Positions 26,363-39,101 of a stretch of 64,000 nt of DNA are shown piece after piece (positions within the stretch are counted from its first letter, which is position 1; each line of letters starts with the position of its first letter). The stretch is from Haliotis rubra. Lineage: Eukaryota. Both the position numbers and the translations under genes were made by a program. The notes below the pieces were generated by a model, which searched no databases, was not told where the DNA came from, and was given only the letters and a program-made list of their open reading frames with translations. The stretch spans positions 124,001-188,000 of the forward strand of contig NW_025765814.1 of NCBI RefSeq assembly GCF_003918875.1. The letters run 5' to 3'.

Positions 26363-29300
26363 GTGAGGAAAATATTGTGAATTGTATGTTTAGATTCCTG
26401 CTAATACGATAACTGCGTGTTCAGGTGTGAATATATGCACCCCGTCTATCGTTATGCATAACCAAATAGATCGAATGTTTGCTATCGATAGCTGCTGAGT
26501 GAGGTTATCACAAACAATACAACCATTGCCTGAACCATGTGTTTTATGTATCAGACGTGCGAGTATTTTACCAAAGGAGATAAACAATATCAATTCAAAT
26601 AAGTCTTCTCATACCAAAAACCATACCCAGACCAGTTTTGTATATCAGTTAATGACTTATCACCCAAAAAATAAAAAAAACCAAATTCTTCTTCCTTTCT
26701 TGATCATATCCAAATCTTTCAAACAGCGAATATACCCTGTATTCTCACCTAATAAACAACTACTGTCTACTCAGTAGCTGATTATATCAGTTGACATTTC
26801 ACTCTTGTTTGTCTTTGCATGTGAACTTATGGGTTTTAGTGTCATTTTATTCATTATTAATTTCAATACTTAGGGCAAGGTTCTGTTTTTTCTAGTTGGT
26901 TTCGTATTTGCTTCATTATGTTATACATTTGTTTTGCAGGATGGAATTCATGTTCCGACTGGTATCTTTGGTAATTATCTTGCTCACGTGCCCTGTGAAT
27001 ATGTCGCAGACTGTGGATATGTTCCCAAGTAAGTTTCCTTTGCCAGTAACATTGTAATAAGATAGTTTTGTAACATATTAATGTTTTGATAGTGTGAAAA
27101 CTGACTTCTTGTTGTCAGATATCAATCATGTTGAGAGTGATTGGTATATGGTTTAATGTACTTGATATCTAGAACCGCCTCCGTGGTGTGTAGTGGTTAG
27201 AGCGTCTGTCCAGAGAGCGGAAAGTCACGGGTTCGATCCCCAGCCGCGTCATACCAAAAGATGTTAAAATATGGTACTTGTTGGTCCCTGCTTGGGTACA
27301 GCAAGGAGTGGTCGGCTCGGAGTCAGTATAATGTGTCTGAGTGGGGTATTCATGCTTAACTGTGGCATGGTGTCTCGTTAAACCCCATTTAACATCACCT
27401 CTTGATATCTAGGTTCAATAATCATTATTATAATTGGCACACCTAATTATGCTTATAAATTTTATTGAGAAATATGTTATACATCCAATCACATAGTTCC
27501 TTCAAACATGCCAAATAATATTTGTCTATGTTCTCCTCAAAATGACATTCATATTAATAAGCATGGTTACCAATCTGTTTATTACTCATGTAACACAATT
27601 CTTCCTTCCAGATTTTTGGTTGACTCCGCAGAACATATTAAGATGCATTTCAAAACTGAAGGTATATTTCGGAAATCTGGATCAGTCAGCAGGCAAAAGG
27701 AACTCAAGGTAAAATTATGGCTTTGCTCAAAATCTTGCAGTGAAATGCTTTGTTCTTTTGGTACTTATGTTTATTATTCATGATGTGATCAGGAATCACT
27801 GGCTTAGTCCACGTCTATATGATTTTATTTGAAGTTTCCTCCAATAATCACTGCTTATTGGGCTGTGTATTGGTGAGTAAATTACATTGCAATACAGCTA
27901 TCCATATTGAGGTACATATTGCAATACTAATTAACATCAGTTGTAAATGTAAGTCATTAACCATAGAGATAATCACAAAACATGTTAATTATTTTACCCA
28001 TTACACCAGTACTTTAAAAATATGGCAATATGTATGGTTTGAAAAGTGTTTTGCTGTATACAGTAATACTGTGCAGTCCTAACTGCTTACGTCTGAGTTT
28101 GCTGTTGATTGTGATATTTCTGTGGAGCTGACTAATGATCACTTTTGAAATGTTACATTTTCAGCATCAAATTGAAGAAGGTGTTAATATGGATGTATCC
28201 AGCATTTATGACCTGACCACCCTCATCAAACAGTTTTTTCGCGAGCTGCCCGAGCCCCTGTTCACAAGCCTGTATCATGACACCTTCATCAAATGCTACC
28301 AGCTTGATGACACGAAGGCAGCCAGTGAAGCTATCCATGCTCTGTGCCTCCTCCTCCCAGCAGAACATCTTAGCACCCTGCGCTTCATCATGCAGCTTCT
28401 TAGCTTCATCGCTTCCCACTCGGATGATAACAAGATGGACGCTGCCAACCTCGCTGTTGTTCTCGCCCCCAACATCATGCATGTCAACAGCAAAAGTGAG
28501 AAGATGAATTCAACTGAGGAGAAGCTGTTGCAGATTCAAACAGCCATTGTGGAACTACTTATAAAGGAAGCGGAGAAAGTGGGAATGGTTTCATCAAGCC
28601 TGTACCAGCGAACCACTCTCATGACCGAGTGTTTTGGGGTAGCGACAGATGATGAGTTGGATGCTAGTGATGACAATACGTTAGAGGATTCTAAGGATAT
28701 GAAGAAAAAGAAGAAACGGAAAAGGAGCGGTTCGTTGCAAGGTAACAAAGCACAAAGAGAATGATTTGTCACAAGAGTAAGTGAGTGAGTTTAGTTTTAC
28801 GCCACACTCCGCAATATTCCAGCTATATGGCGGCGGTCTGTAAAAAATCCAGTCTGGACCAGACAATCCAGTAATCAACAGTATGAGCATTGGTCTGCTC
28901 AATTGGGAACCATGACATGTGTCAACCAGGTAAGGAAGCCTGACCACCCGATCCCATTAGTCACCTCTTACGACAAGCATGTGTTACTGAAGATCAATAT
29001 TCTAACCCAGACCTTCACGGGTATTTGTCACAAGAAGACTATAAATATCTTTGATAAAAAGTTCTAGAACTAAGCCTGCTAATCAAATTTAACTTTATTG
29101 TACATTGAATTTTTTTTAGCATATCCAGGTAAACAACCTTGTAACTATATCTTCTGTAACCTTCTCATTAGATAAATAAGCCTAATAACTACTGTTCCCT
29201 GAAGACGGTTTGTGATGTCTAATGTAAATTGTGGAATGTGAAGCTGTCAAAGAATTTTGGTTAACATCCTGGTAGGAAATAAATCAGACTGGCTATACAA

Positions 29301-32300
29301 TTACAAATATCATGAGGCATGTTTCTTCCATAATACAGTGCCTGTTATTAGTATTGGGAATAGACTGACAAACGGATCATTCATTTAGATATGAGCCTCA
29401 TGTTACTGTTTTTCAAAATTAAAGATCACAGGGCTCGACATTCATGCTATCCCACTGGCCCGGGGTCTAGCAAAATGTTGACAGGACCAGTGCAACTTTG
29501 ATAAGTGCTATCCCGACGGTCTAGTAGATATTTAAGGCTGTCAATAAGAGTCCCCTAGCAGGACCAGTAAGACTCTGTAAGGACCAGTGATATTTAAAAG
29601 TTACTGGTCCTATGGTCTTGTTCGGGAATTTGGGTGAATGTCAAGCCCTGGATCAGTACAACTGGATCACACTGAATAAACAAGTACATGTACTCTAATA
29701 CTGACTACAGTTCAGGGCCCCGTTCCTCAAGGAGATCGTAGCGCTACGACAGTCGTAAGTCTATGTTAAAGTATGGGAGTTACGACTGTCGTAGCGCTAC
29801 AATCGCTTTGAGGAACAGGCCTGTAGGTTTTGCAAAAGAGTCGCTAGCCTTGCATCTCCTCACTGTTTTCTACAAGTACTAAGGAGAAAGTAGTGAAACT
29901 TTTTCAAACTAAAATTTCTCAGAACTTTAAAATTTCAACTTGTTTGTGGTTATGGAAAACTGAGTTTGGTTGTTTGAGGGACCTGTCAATCTTCGATTAT
30001 TTCAATAAATTGGAACACCAGTGCCTGTCATCAAAACGTTTTACTGAAGTGAACTGTTATGCATCGTGTGTTGTAGGCATTGTCAGCTCTATAGCTAATG
30101 GTCTGGCAAAGTTAAGGAGGAGCACAGATGGCAAGAATGGAAACTCAAGTCAGAATATCACGACTGCCTCCAATGAAAGTGCTCAGTCCCTCTCCGGATC
30201 ACTCGAACAGCCCCACTACCCAACAACGACACCTGTCGTCATACGCAAAAGCAAAGCCTCCGGCGAGGTCATTCCCTTTTCAGCATCTAAAAAGTAAGAT
30301 TTTTTAGTTGTACTTGATGTGCTTTTTCTGTGTTAGAGACATGAGGTGTATTTTGTCATAGCTACACCTACATGAGTATCTCGGTATTGCTGCTGAAGAT
30401 GTTAACAAATAATGATGTTTTTCTTTCACATTTCCTTCAAACTACAAGAACAATTTTGTTAATATTCTTTTCTTGCAAAGCTACACATTCTCACTTCTAT
30501 ATTGTCCTGTATGCAATATATGTTGTTTCTCTTCTCCAGGAAGGCTATTCTGCAGCACCTCCCCCAGGGTTCTGCACTGGGACACACTCCCTTCACCCCT
30601 GCCTCCGCTATCAGGAAGATGGATCTAAATGGTATTCACATCTTCTTGACACATCCGTATCCTGTTTTGAAACAGTTTTATTATTTGTGCAAGTGTTGGC
30701 TGCACTTGGAGTTCAATTACATCATATATCAGGCAATGTTGCCTCCATGTGGCTGAACATGTTACTGGTTCTGGTGACTGCAATAGTTGCAGTGCTAACT
30801 GCATTTTCCAAATTCCTTAGTTACAAACATGGAGCAGTTGTGTTTATTGAATATGGTGATAATCCATTGAAATTATGAGGTATAATACACATGCAAATCC
30901 AACCAGATTGTAGCTTAATTCAGGCTAGTTATTTATGTAAATAGCTGTATTTGCTTAGAAAACAACTAGTCCCTCTTGATTTTTACAATGATCTTTGATG
31001 ATGAATGGAAATTTAGTATTCCCTTTAGTTGAAGCATACTGAGACAGGAACACCATTAGCCTGGTCAATGGATCAGTGTATACATTATTTTCCCTGCAGT
31101 ACAAAACCCAAGCTGCCTTTAAGGCGATAGAATCTTAAGTATCACATTTCCATCTCATCCTACCAAGTATCCATTCACTACTAAACAGAGACTATGGAAT
31201 AGGGCATAAGCCTCTCAGGAGTGAAGCTGCAAAACATGGTCAACCATCTGACTCCAGTCCTTGGTCAGCATTGTTTACCTTGGCCCAGTTTTGATCTGTG
31301 CACTATGAACAGGACTGTGACACCCAGTGTAATGAAGGAAGTGCAATAAGCCAGTGTGAAAATACTGGCTCAAGCAGTGACCAGATCACATAAAGGGAGA
31401 CAACTGCAATGTGTATCAGCAAAAATTGCTTGTGTAGTGACATGACTGGTTCCAGCCTCTCTCTTGTCAATCCAAGACTTGTAAAAATCAAGGGCTTGTT
31501 ATTTTTTCCCCCAAATCTAATAGTTACCAAAAAGGCATCTAGTTTGGGATGTTGACTAGTTCAGTTTTGCTCAAGGTGTCCCTCGTTTCCATGTCAAAGG
31601 TGGTTTTGTTCATTTCAGATCCAAGGAAAGGTGGAGTTATGGATACCCCCAGTCTGAGCTTTGGGGACAAGCAACATATGGCATATACAGCAACGCCATC
31701 TCACAACATCAAGACTCCACGGAAGAAACTCAACTTGTTCAGTCCCAGCAGCAGCAAGAAGAAGATGGCAAGGTGAGTCCATCACTAGCATCAGAACCAG
31801 CAGTATGAGTCAAGTTGTAATCAATTGATCTCATAGGGAGACTGTTTAAACAGCTGTAGATTATAACATAACAATGAATGGGATGGATTTAAAACTTCTT
31901 TATTATTTACAACATGAAAGTAGCCCAGAAATGTCATGTTGTAAATTCATACCATACATTATAACGTTGCCTTCCAACTTCTAAAAGACCACCTCCGTGG
32001 TGTAGTGGTTAGAGCGTCTGCCCAGAGAGCGGAAGGTTGCGGGTTCGATCCCCCGACCGCGTCATACCAAAAGACGTTAAAATATGGTACTTGTTGTTCC
32101 CTGCCTGGCGCTCGGCATTAATGGGTACAACAAGGACAGGTCGGCTCAGAGTCAGTATAATGTGTCTGAGTGGGGCATTCATGCTTCACTGCGGCATGGT
32201 ATCTCAGTGGGCTAGCACTATAAAACCAGCTTCAGTCTAGGCTAGTACAAGCAGCCGCACATACACGCATGCACGTCGTCATATGAGCAAAATATTTTCA

Positions 32301-35238
32301 AGCACGACGTTAAACCCAATTTCACCTCACCTCCAACTTCTAAATGCCCATCAATCATCTGCAGATTATAAGCACTCACTATGGCCTTTTAAACTTTATA
32401 GGAACAAGAAGATTAATTGATGTTGACTTTATTCAACCATAAATAATCTGTTTTCAGGAGCCCATCTTTCTCCAATATTTCAACTGGATCTACCAAGAAA
32501 AGTGGACGGGGAAAGAACATCTTCAGAAGACTGAGTGGCAGCAAGGCTGATAAGGTGTGTACATTGTTAAAGATTTTAGTGTCTGTCCACATCAGTCAAC
32601 ACGATAGTGTTCATATACATCTCTGGGTGTTACAGGAAGTCTTAGATCTTCACATGACATAATGATTTTCTGAAAAGGTAACAGTCTTGTTGCATTGAGC
32701 CAAGCTTTGACCATTGTGAAGTTTCACTAAAGTGTATGATTAAGAGTTGTTTTAATGCTCAGATAATGCAAAGATATATTAACATTCATTGCATTGATTT
32801 TGTTCTCTTTTTCCCCCCAGTCATCTGCATCAGATTCCTCCTTGCATATTGGTGAACGTCTGGCCAGTCCCACCAAGAAAGATGCAGCCATGGATGCAAC
32901 ATCTATGAGGAGAAGTCAGTCCGAGTCAGACTCACCCATCTCGGCGCGCTGGCCCAGAATACAACCTACATGCCTGATATCTCTGTTGTTTCGAACATGG
33001 ACATCAAGCAGACACTAAACGAAGGCTTCATTAATGAGTCTCATTTTGATCTGGACCACACAGATGCTGGGTCTGGCTTGCAGCGATCACACAGTCTATA
33101 CAGGCCTGTGCATGCATCAGCGTCTGATCCAGTGGTTGCTGGGAACAACACAGGGGGCTCACATAAGAGATCGCTCTCTGCGGAAGGGATGAATCTTCGA
33201 CGGGGACAGCCAAATACCATCAATAATGGCTTATTAAAGGGACAGCATAATCAGTTGAAGAAGTTGAGAAAAAGTTTTGACAAGTCTGATATCAGTGGTC
33301 CGATACCCATAATTGTACCAACAGTTTGTGATGGGAAAGAGTCTGAGCGGAGGTTGGAAGGGGAGAAGATACAGAAGGTTCCTCCTTTACCTCCACTGTC
33401 TGCCCCCGAAGCAGAACAGTAGTCTGATGAACGTTGTCCTTCCCCCGCCTGATGGCTTTAATGACACATTACAGCAGACCGGCTATGACTCCGATGAGTC
33501 TGAGGCAGGTTTCTCAACAATATCAGGTGATACTGTCATATACATACCCAAACAGTCATCATCCTCAACAAGCCTGCAGTCTAATAAGTCCCAGGGAAGC
33601 CATAGAGGACAGGGTAGAATGTCTGCTCAGACATCCAGGGAAAGTGTTAAGAAGGGTCTGCAGACTAGTAACAGCTCAGATAGTCTGTTGAGCTCAGCAT
33701 CTGAGATGTCTGTTGAGAGCAACACCTCCAAGTTAGAAAGATGTCTGTCCACCGACAGTGGGAAAGGATCTTTGTTTGATGAGACGTTAACACAGCCTCC
33801 AGCTCAGGAGCCGAAGGACTCTCTTGATGTTGCCTTTGTTGCTGATGAGAGTATGCTTCTGGACACAACTGTTCTGAAGAAGTCAGAATGCATAGATTCA
33901 AGTATTGTGAAACCGTATGATAGTTCCCAACCACACCAGCCTATAGTAAAGAAGTCTCACTCGGCTCAGCAGCTAGCCCTTCCTCCAAGAACTGGAGTTG
34001 TACGTTCACAGAGCATGTATTCCCACCAAGAGGCTCGCAAACACAACATTAAACCTAACTTACTAATATCAGCTGAAACTCACAAGATCTTGTCACGAGC
34101 TGGTTACTTTCCTGATAAAGCTCCACAGCAAAGTGGCAAAGATTTCCGCCTTCCAGTCAAATCACCGCCGAGGTCCCATTCATTTAATATGTCTAGAAGA
34201 AATACTACGCTGGGTGATCAGTCCATGTTTGATGAATCCCACCTGTGTAGCAAAAGCATTCATGATATACAGGATGTTTCTCAAAGGTCAAGTTGTGAAA
34301 CACCCAAGAGACACAATGTCAGTGACACATCACACAGACTGCACTCCTGTGACCTATCTGGTATCGGCAACAATGGTAGCCTACAACAAGGCACTCAAAA
34401 GATGGACCTTGTGCAAGAAAAAAACCAAATGCTGCCTCAAATAAAACGAGCTGATATGTCACTTCCAAAGCATGAAAGTGTTACACAGATGCAGGTTTCA
34501 AATGTTGGGAAAGTTGCAGAGAATGTGAAACAGTTTACTGATGTTGTGGAGAAACAGTTTCTGTCTGTTCCAAGATCTGCTCCCAAGCAGAGAGGCATGT
34601 CCCCGGTCAGGATACCAACAATATTTGCAAAGAACAATGACATGTCTGCGCGGTATCGAGACATAGCACAGGCAGCCATTGAGAGAGGCAGACTGGCTTC
34701 CGACGACAGGCTGTCAAATATCAGTGATGTGATTAGCCAATCCAGTGTAACAAATGACAGCCTCTCCTCCATCTCTACACTCACTGACTCCGAAACTGAA
34801 GACATGTTCAAACACCCAGCTCCTGTAACCATGGACACGGCAGTGAAATCTGATGTTTCCACAGATATCAGGAGTAAGATTTCCTTTGAAGGTCAGCAAG
34901 TTGACCTCAGCTGTTCTTTGCTGGACACCATCAATGACGTCTGCACCCCAAAGGTACAGAGGAAGTCGGGCACCAGTAGCAGATCTCCACTGAAAGACTG
35001 TGGTAACAATATGGGTGGTCTGAGCCCTACGAAACCAATGGAAATCACAGACCATGTTCTTCTTCGGACTGCAAGTGGGATGACGCCACGTCAGATACTG
35101 CGTTTTTCTCAACCTTCACACAGCACATCAAAGTCCACAAAGAGACTGAGTTCCCCTGGACAAACATTAAAGAATTCAAGATCTCCAAACAAACAGTCCT
35201 CTACATCGCTTCCTGATAACACAGCTCAAGCTATGTAA
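26219..35238 (+). CDS. ARHGAP11A: Rho GTPase-activating protein 11A-like (spliced, 9 coding exons, about 1295 aa)
   Basis: Exons 26219-26362, 26940-27028, 27612-27708, 28165-28741, 30077-30293, 30540-30631, 31619-31772, 32458-32554, 32821-35238. All are GT-AG with consistent phases. RhoGAP motifs: GIFG..L, FLVD..EGIFRKSGS (Arg finger), LIKQFFRELPEPL, NKMDAANLAVVLAPN. Downstream EKMNSTEEKLLQIQTAIVELLI and KRKRSGSLQGIVS resemble vertebrate ARHGAP11A as I recall it. The last exon has two frame disruptions (about 32946 and 33400). Confidence 0.88.
26940..27028 (+). CDS. ARHGAP11A: RhoGAP11A exon 2 (DGIHVPTGIFGNYL...GYVP)
   Basis: ttttgcag|G ... AA|gtaagt; GIFG motif that precedes RhoGAP domains. 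Confidence 0.85.
27173..27400 (+). mobile_element. SINE family A, internally deleted
   Basis: Homology; TSD CTTGATATCTAG. Confidence 0.85.
27612..27708 (+). CDS. ARHGAP11A: RhoGAP11A exon 3 (FLVDSAEH...EGIFRKSGS...ELK)
   Basis: cttccag|A ... AAG|gtaaaa; contains the arginine finger. Confidence 0.92.
28165..28741 (+). CDS. ARHGAP11A: RhoGAP11A exon 4 (core GAP helices, basic NLS-like run)
   Basis: ttttcag|CAT ... G|gtaaca; KQFFRELPEP and NKMD..NLAVVLAPN. Confidence 0.95.
28777..29022 (-). mobile_element. SINE-like family C (about 240 bp)
   Basis: acccgtgaaggtc..catgcttgtcgtaagagg.gactaa..tail (CACT)n; TSD ATTTGTCACAAGA; other copies 3757-3930, 56930-57172, 61131-61290, 62402-62637. Confidence 0.85.
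29429..29650. mobile_element. CAGGG-ended MITE, 5-bp TSD
   Basis: cagggctcgacattc / gaatgtcaagccctg; TSD GATCA. Confidence 0.75.
29716..29820. mobile_element. Short hairpin MITE, same type as 19943-20069
   Basis: Arms gttcctcaa..atcgtagcgctacgacagtcgtaa / ttacgactgtcgtagcgctac..ttgaggaac. Confidence 0.7.
30077..30293 (+). CDS. ARHGAP11A: RhoGAP11A exon 5
   Basis: ttgtag|GC ... AA|gtaaga, in phase with neighbours. Confidence 0.85.
30540..30631 (+). CDS. ARHGAP11A: RhoGAP11A exon 6
   Basis: cttctccag|G ... G|gtattc, in phase. Confidence 0.8.
31619..31772 (+). CDS. ARHGAP11A: RhoGAP11A exon 7
   Basis: atttcag|AT ... AG|gtgagt, in phase. Confidence 0.82.
31986..32331 (+). mobile_element. tRNA-derived SINE family A, full-length
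   Basis: A box (tggtgtagtggtt), B box (ggttcgatcc), (CACCT)n tail, TSD TCCAACTTCTAAA. Confidence 0.9.
32458..32554 (+). CDS. ARHGAP11A: RhoGAP11A exon 8
   Basis: ttttcag|G ... AAG|gtgtgt, in phase; not in the ORF track. Confidence 0.8.
32821..35238 (+). CDS. ARHGAP11A: RhoGAP11A terminal exon (Ser/Pro-rich, probably disordered tail)
   Basis: ttccccccag|TCA. Three consecutive overlapping ORFs (32794-33018, 32970-33422, 33313-35238) are joined by two apparent indels. TAA stop ends at 35238. Confidence 0.82.
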
Positions 35239-36613
35239 TAATGGTGCAGATCTTGTTTGAGGGGCATAGGGAACAGATATCAAATGGTTATGCGTTTCTT
35301 GAACTCAAAAACAGTCAACTTTGGATGACATGAAGTTTACAGTAATCTATAGTCAATATAAGAAACTTCTAACACCATTTTAGTGGTAATAAGTATGATT
35401 TTACCAATAATTTCTGAAATGCTCAAATCTGATTCTTCAGCCAGAAGTTTAAATTGCAACAATCTCCTAATGATAACAAATTGCTTTTGATGGTCTTATG
35501 ATGTTTGGTATTGAGGAATGTATTTTAACATTAAGAAATACAATTGTGATTTGTGAATAACGGGCATTATGTTTGTATCCCTATTGCTTTGCGACATACC
35601 TCCTGCTTCCATCCCTTGTGGGTCCTGTATCAACGATTAGTGCTTACACTGCCATACCCACATATGGCAGGTTCTTGTTTATTGTGTTTGTTGTGTCCAT
35701 AGTTTTAATCCATGTGCAATGTGCAAGTGTTAAACCTCACTGGTGGGATCAAGTCATCAGGGAATACAATTTTATAAAATCTATAAATGTTTTCTTTGGC
35801 AGCCAGTTTTATCCTCTGAACATGTAAATATGCTTTTGGAAGATGCTTTAGGTTTATTGTTATCTGTACAGAGGAGTATAAAGTTGACGTAATATTTATT
35901 GATTTATATGTTATGATGTTCTTGATGATAGAAGTCAACAGATAACTTATATTTCATATGAAATGAAACTGTATCAGAGATGTACGATTGGTTGAAAGAA
36001 AACAAAAGAATGAAATATATTTTCTATCAGATCAAGCTAATCAGTGTTTCCTTGCAATATTAAACAGACATTACATACAACTGTTGATACAAAGGGGATA
36101 TAATTCAGTCACCAAAGCAGTGTTCCAAATTAAGCATATAAATCAAGGGGTGCTTGTTATGAACTTGATGTTAAACATTAATCATTAGCGAGGCTCCAGG
36201 CTTTGGGAGCAAGTTTCAAGGAGCCCAAGTACTCTGCCTTCTTTTGAAGACTGCATGATCGCATTGATGTAACCATTGTCACTGTACTTGGCTTGATTGA
36301 TGGTGGTGTTACAGATTAACTATAGTCACTTAAAACAAATATTGGATATTCTTTTACTTGTTTTGAGTAATTTATTTTGTGTGGGGGTATTTGTAAACTG
36401 TCATTTTAAACAGTATTTGCATTATTCTAGAGGTTCATTTTCCTTCCTGACTAAATCAAGACATACTGTAGTACTCAAGTTACCAGGCCTTCATTGTTTC
36501 TATAGTATTTCTCAATAGATATATTATATCATCCTTCACTTTAGCTAAGTCATAAAAGCTGACTTCCCCTGCAACCTTTACACAGTCAGCAAATAAACAT
36601 CTCTCAGCCTTTG

Positions 36614-36862
36614 AGGGGTAGTGGGGTAGCCTAGTGGTTAAAGTGTTCGCTCTTCAAGACAAAGACCTGGGTTTGATTCCCTCATGGGCACAATGTGTGA
36701 AGTCTATTTCTGGTGTCCCCTATGTGTGAAGCCCATTTCTGGTGTCCCCTGCAGTGATATTGCTGGAATATTGCTGAAAGCGGCGTAAAACTAAACTCAC
36801 TCACTCTGGTGTCCCCTGCTGTTATATTACTAAATGTGGCATAGAACGAAGCACGCTCACTC
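36614..36862 (+). mobile_element. SINE family B with internal duplications, in the probable RhoGAP 3' UTR
   Basis: Homology; repeated atgtgtgaagcccatttctggtgtcccc segment. Confidence 0.8.
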
Positions 36863-38983
36863 TTCACCAATGAATTAAATATGCAGTTTACCTTTAAGGA
36901 GGTCTCAGTATGTATTACTGAATTTTGCCAAAACTTTGCTCAACCTGTTTTTATTGTAAGTATTTGTATTATAACTGGGTGTTTTTTAAATCTGTTTTAC
37001 CATTTTACCATTTTTGACAAACTGATTTCGCTTCTCAATTGTGTAAAATGAAATGTATGATGCACCTATTGCCTACATTTCGGACTAATTTGCTCACAGG
37101 TCACTGCATTTTCACTGACATGAATATACATGTATCTGTTGACCAATCTATAACTGTCGTGATTTGTTGTTTCATATCAGTAAACAAACCAAATATGTAT
37201 TACAACATTTGTTTGCAAATAACAGTCATATATATGTGTACAAATTATACTACTTAGAAACATAACATGTATATCTTGAAACTATAGTTCAGCATGCAAA
37301 TATATACCTTCCATAATAGTACAGAGTATTGTATCAAAGTGTATATGTTGGGGCTTTCAACAAAACGATTTGATTACCAAATCATTGCTTTTGGGGTGTC
37401 TGGTGTTAGCCACAGACAATCAGCAACATGTATGTATTGATTTGCAACAAGGCTGAATGTCATTAAGCTTGTCATGATTTTTATCATATTGGCACAAATA
37501 GTAATGTCCTTGCCATCATTTGCAACTAGCATATGGAAACGTGTAGTTTATACCTAGCTTGTACACAGATACTGACGACAGAACCATGCTTGAGGTATGC
37601 CTGTCGTTGCAACATACACGTCAGAATGATGCTTTTGTAAAATACTCAGATGTGATTTTGTCATTGGGTTGTGATATTACAATTATTTTGTTGAACATTT
37701 ATTATATTCATGTATCCAAGCTAGAGGTAGATACAATGATTACGCATGTTTATTATTTAAGTAGGTGGCTTGTATTTGGATCACATCCATGTATATCAAC
37801 TAGAGACAGAACGAAAGGAATAATTGTTGACTTTTATGCACCAACTTCAAAACAATATGTGATGTTTTGTAGACAGACCCTTGTTTCACAACAATAAACT
37901 AAGGCAGTCCTTAGTTCAAAACATTTGGCGGTGGGGTAGCCTCGTGGTTAAAGTGTTCGCTTGTCACGCCGAAGACCTGGGTTCGATTCCCCACAGGGCC
38001 CACAGGGGTCCAATGTGCGAAGCCCATTTCTGGTGTTCCCCCCATCGTAATATTGCTAAAAGCGGCATAAAACTCAGTCACTCTCTGAATTCTTTTGTTC
38101 AAAGAAACAACAGACAAGCCCCTTTACTCAACACACACATATCAATTTAAATATCCTGAATGTTACTTTGATAATTATCTCATTTGTAACAAACATGGAA
38201 TATACATATTTTTTACCTGTACCATCACATATGAAAGACTATAAAACAAATAAACTTGGCCTGGTTGAAATAGTGTAAGTTACCTGTACAGGTACCTGTA
38301 ACGTGATCCAGCAACCAAATCCAACTTGTTTCATCAATTACTCAACATGCAGTTTAAGTCAAAGCAGCAAGTTGGATTATTGTATCGGTTCAGCATACAG
38401 AGCATAATGTCACTTGCTGTATATTGCAGTCACTCTCCTCTTTGCCCTCCCCCAACCTTGTCTATTCCTTCCCCCATCTGTATCCTATCATATCAACTGG
38501 GACTGCAATCTTTGTATGAGTGTATGCAATAAAATATCATATTTGAAATTATTCTTTGTCTTCATTCTATAACATGTTATATTTGTGATAAAACTTTCTT
38601 AGTAATTTGGGTTGAGTCCAATCCGGGACTTTATTCTAATGGTGGAGCTTTTAAAACAGATGTGAAAAGACCTGTTTTGCTCACTGAGATGTTCGAAGCT
38701 AAATGATGCATAATCACACAATCCCTGAGAACCTTTTACACACTGAATATGGAATATCCTGTTTTCAGGCAAATGATTGCCACATTAAGACACACAATAG
38801 CTAAGATTCAATTATTTTAATAGTTAACATTGCACATTGATACAAGTCGCAATCACTATGAATACATGGGTGTAAAGCAGTTTTCTGATCCTAGTATACA
38901 TACAAATACATTCTAAAGATATACTGAATTTGTGCAGTGATTTTGAACTGAAGAGGAACTAGTTGTCTAAAATAATAGTACTG

Positions 38984-39101
38984 GGCCCTTATTCTTGAAA
39001 CGTTCTTAGCCCTAAGAATTCTTAACTTTGATCGTAGCCAATGTGTTAAGAATGGGCTTAAGAAGTTCGTAGGGCTACTGAATGTTTCGAGAATAGCTAG
39101 C
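38984..39101. mobile_element. Short hairpin MITE, diverged relative
   Basis: ctg|ggccctta ttc..gaaacgttc..tagccctaagaa / ttcgtagggcta..aatgtttcgagaatag..|ctg. Confidence 0.55.

Noticed and set aside
28153-28947. Antisense ORFs over RhoGAP exon 4 (and 34437-35112 over the last exon)
   Set aside because: Shadow ORFs of real coding sequence with no recognisable motifs.
31986-32060. tRNA genes (also at 4002, 27173, 36614, 37927)
   Set aside because: The A/B boxes are SINE heads: they continue into a shared body and tail with TSDs, and lack a proper acceptor stem and poly-T terminator.
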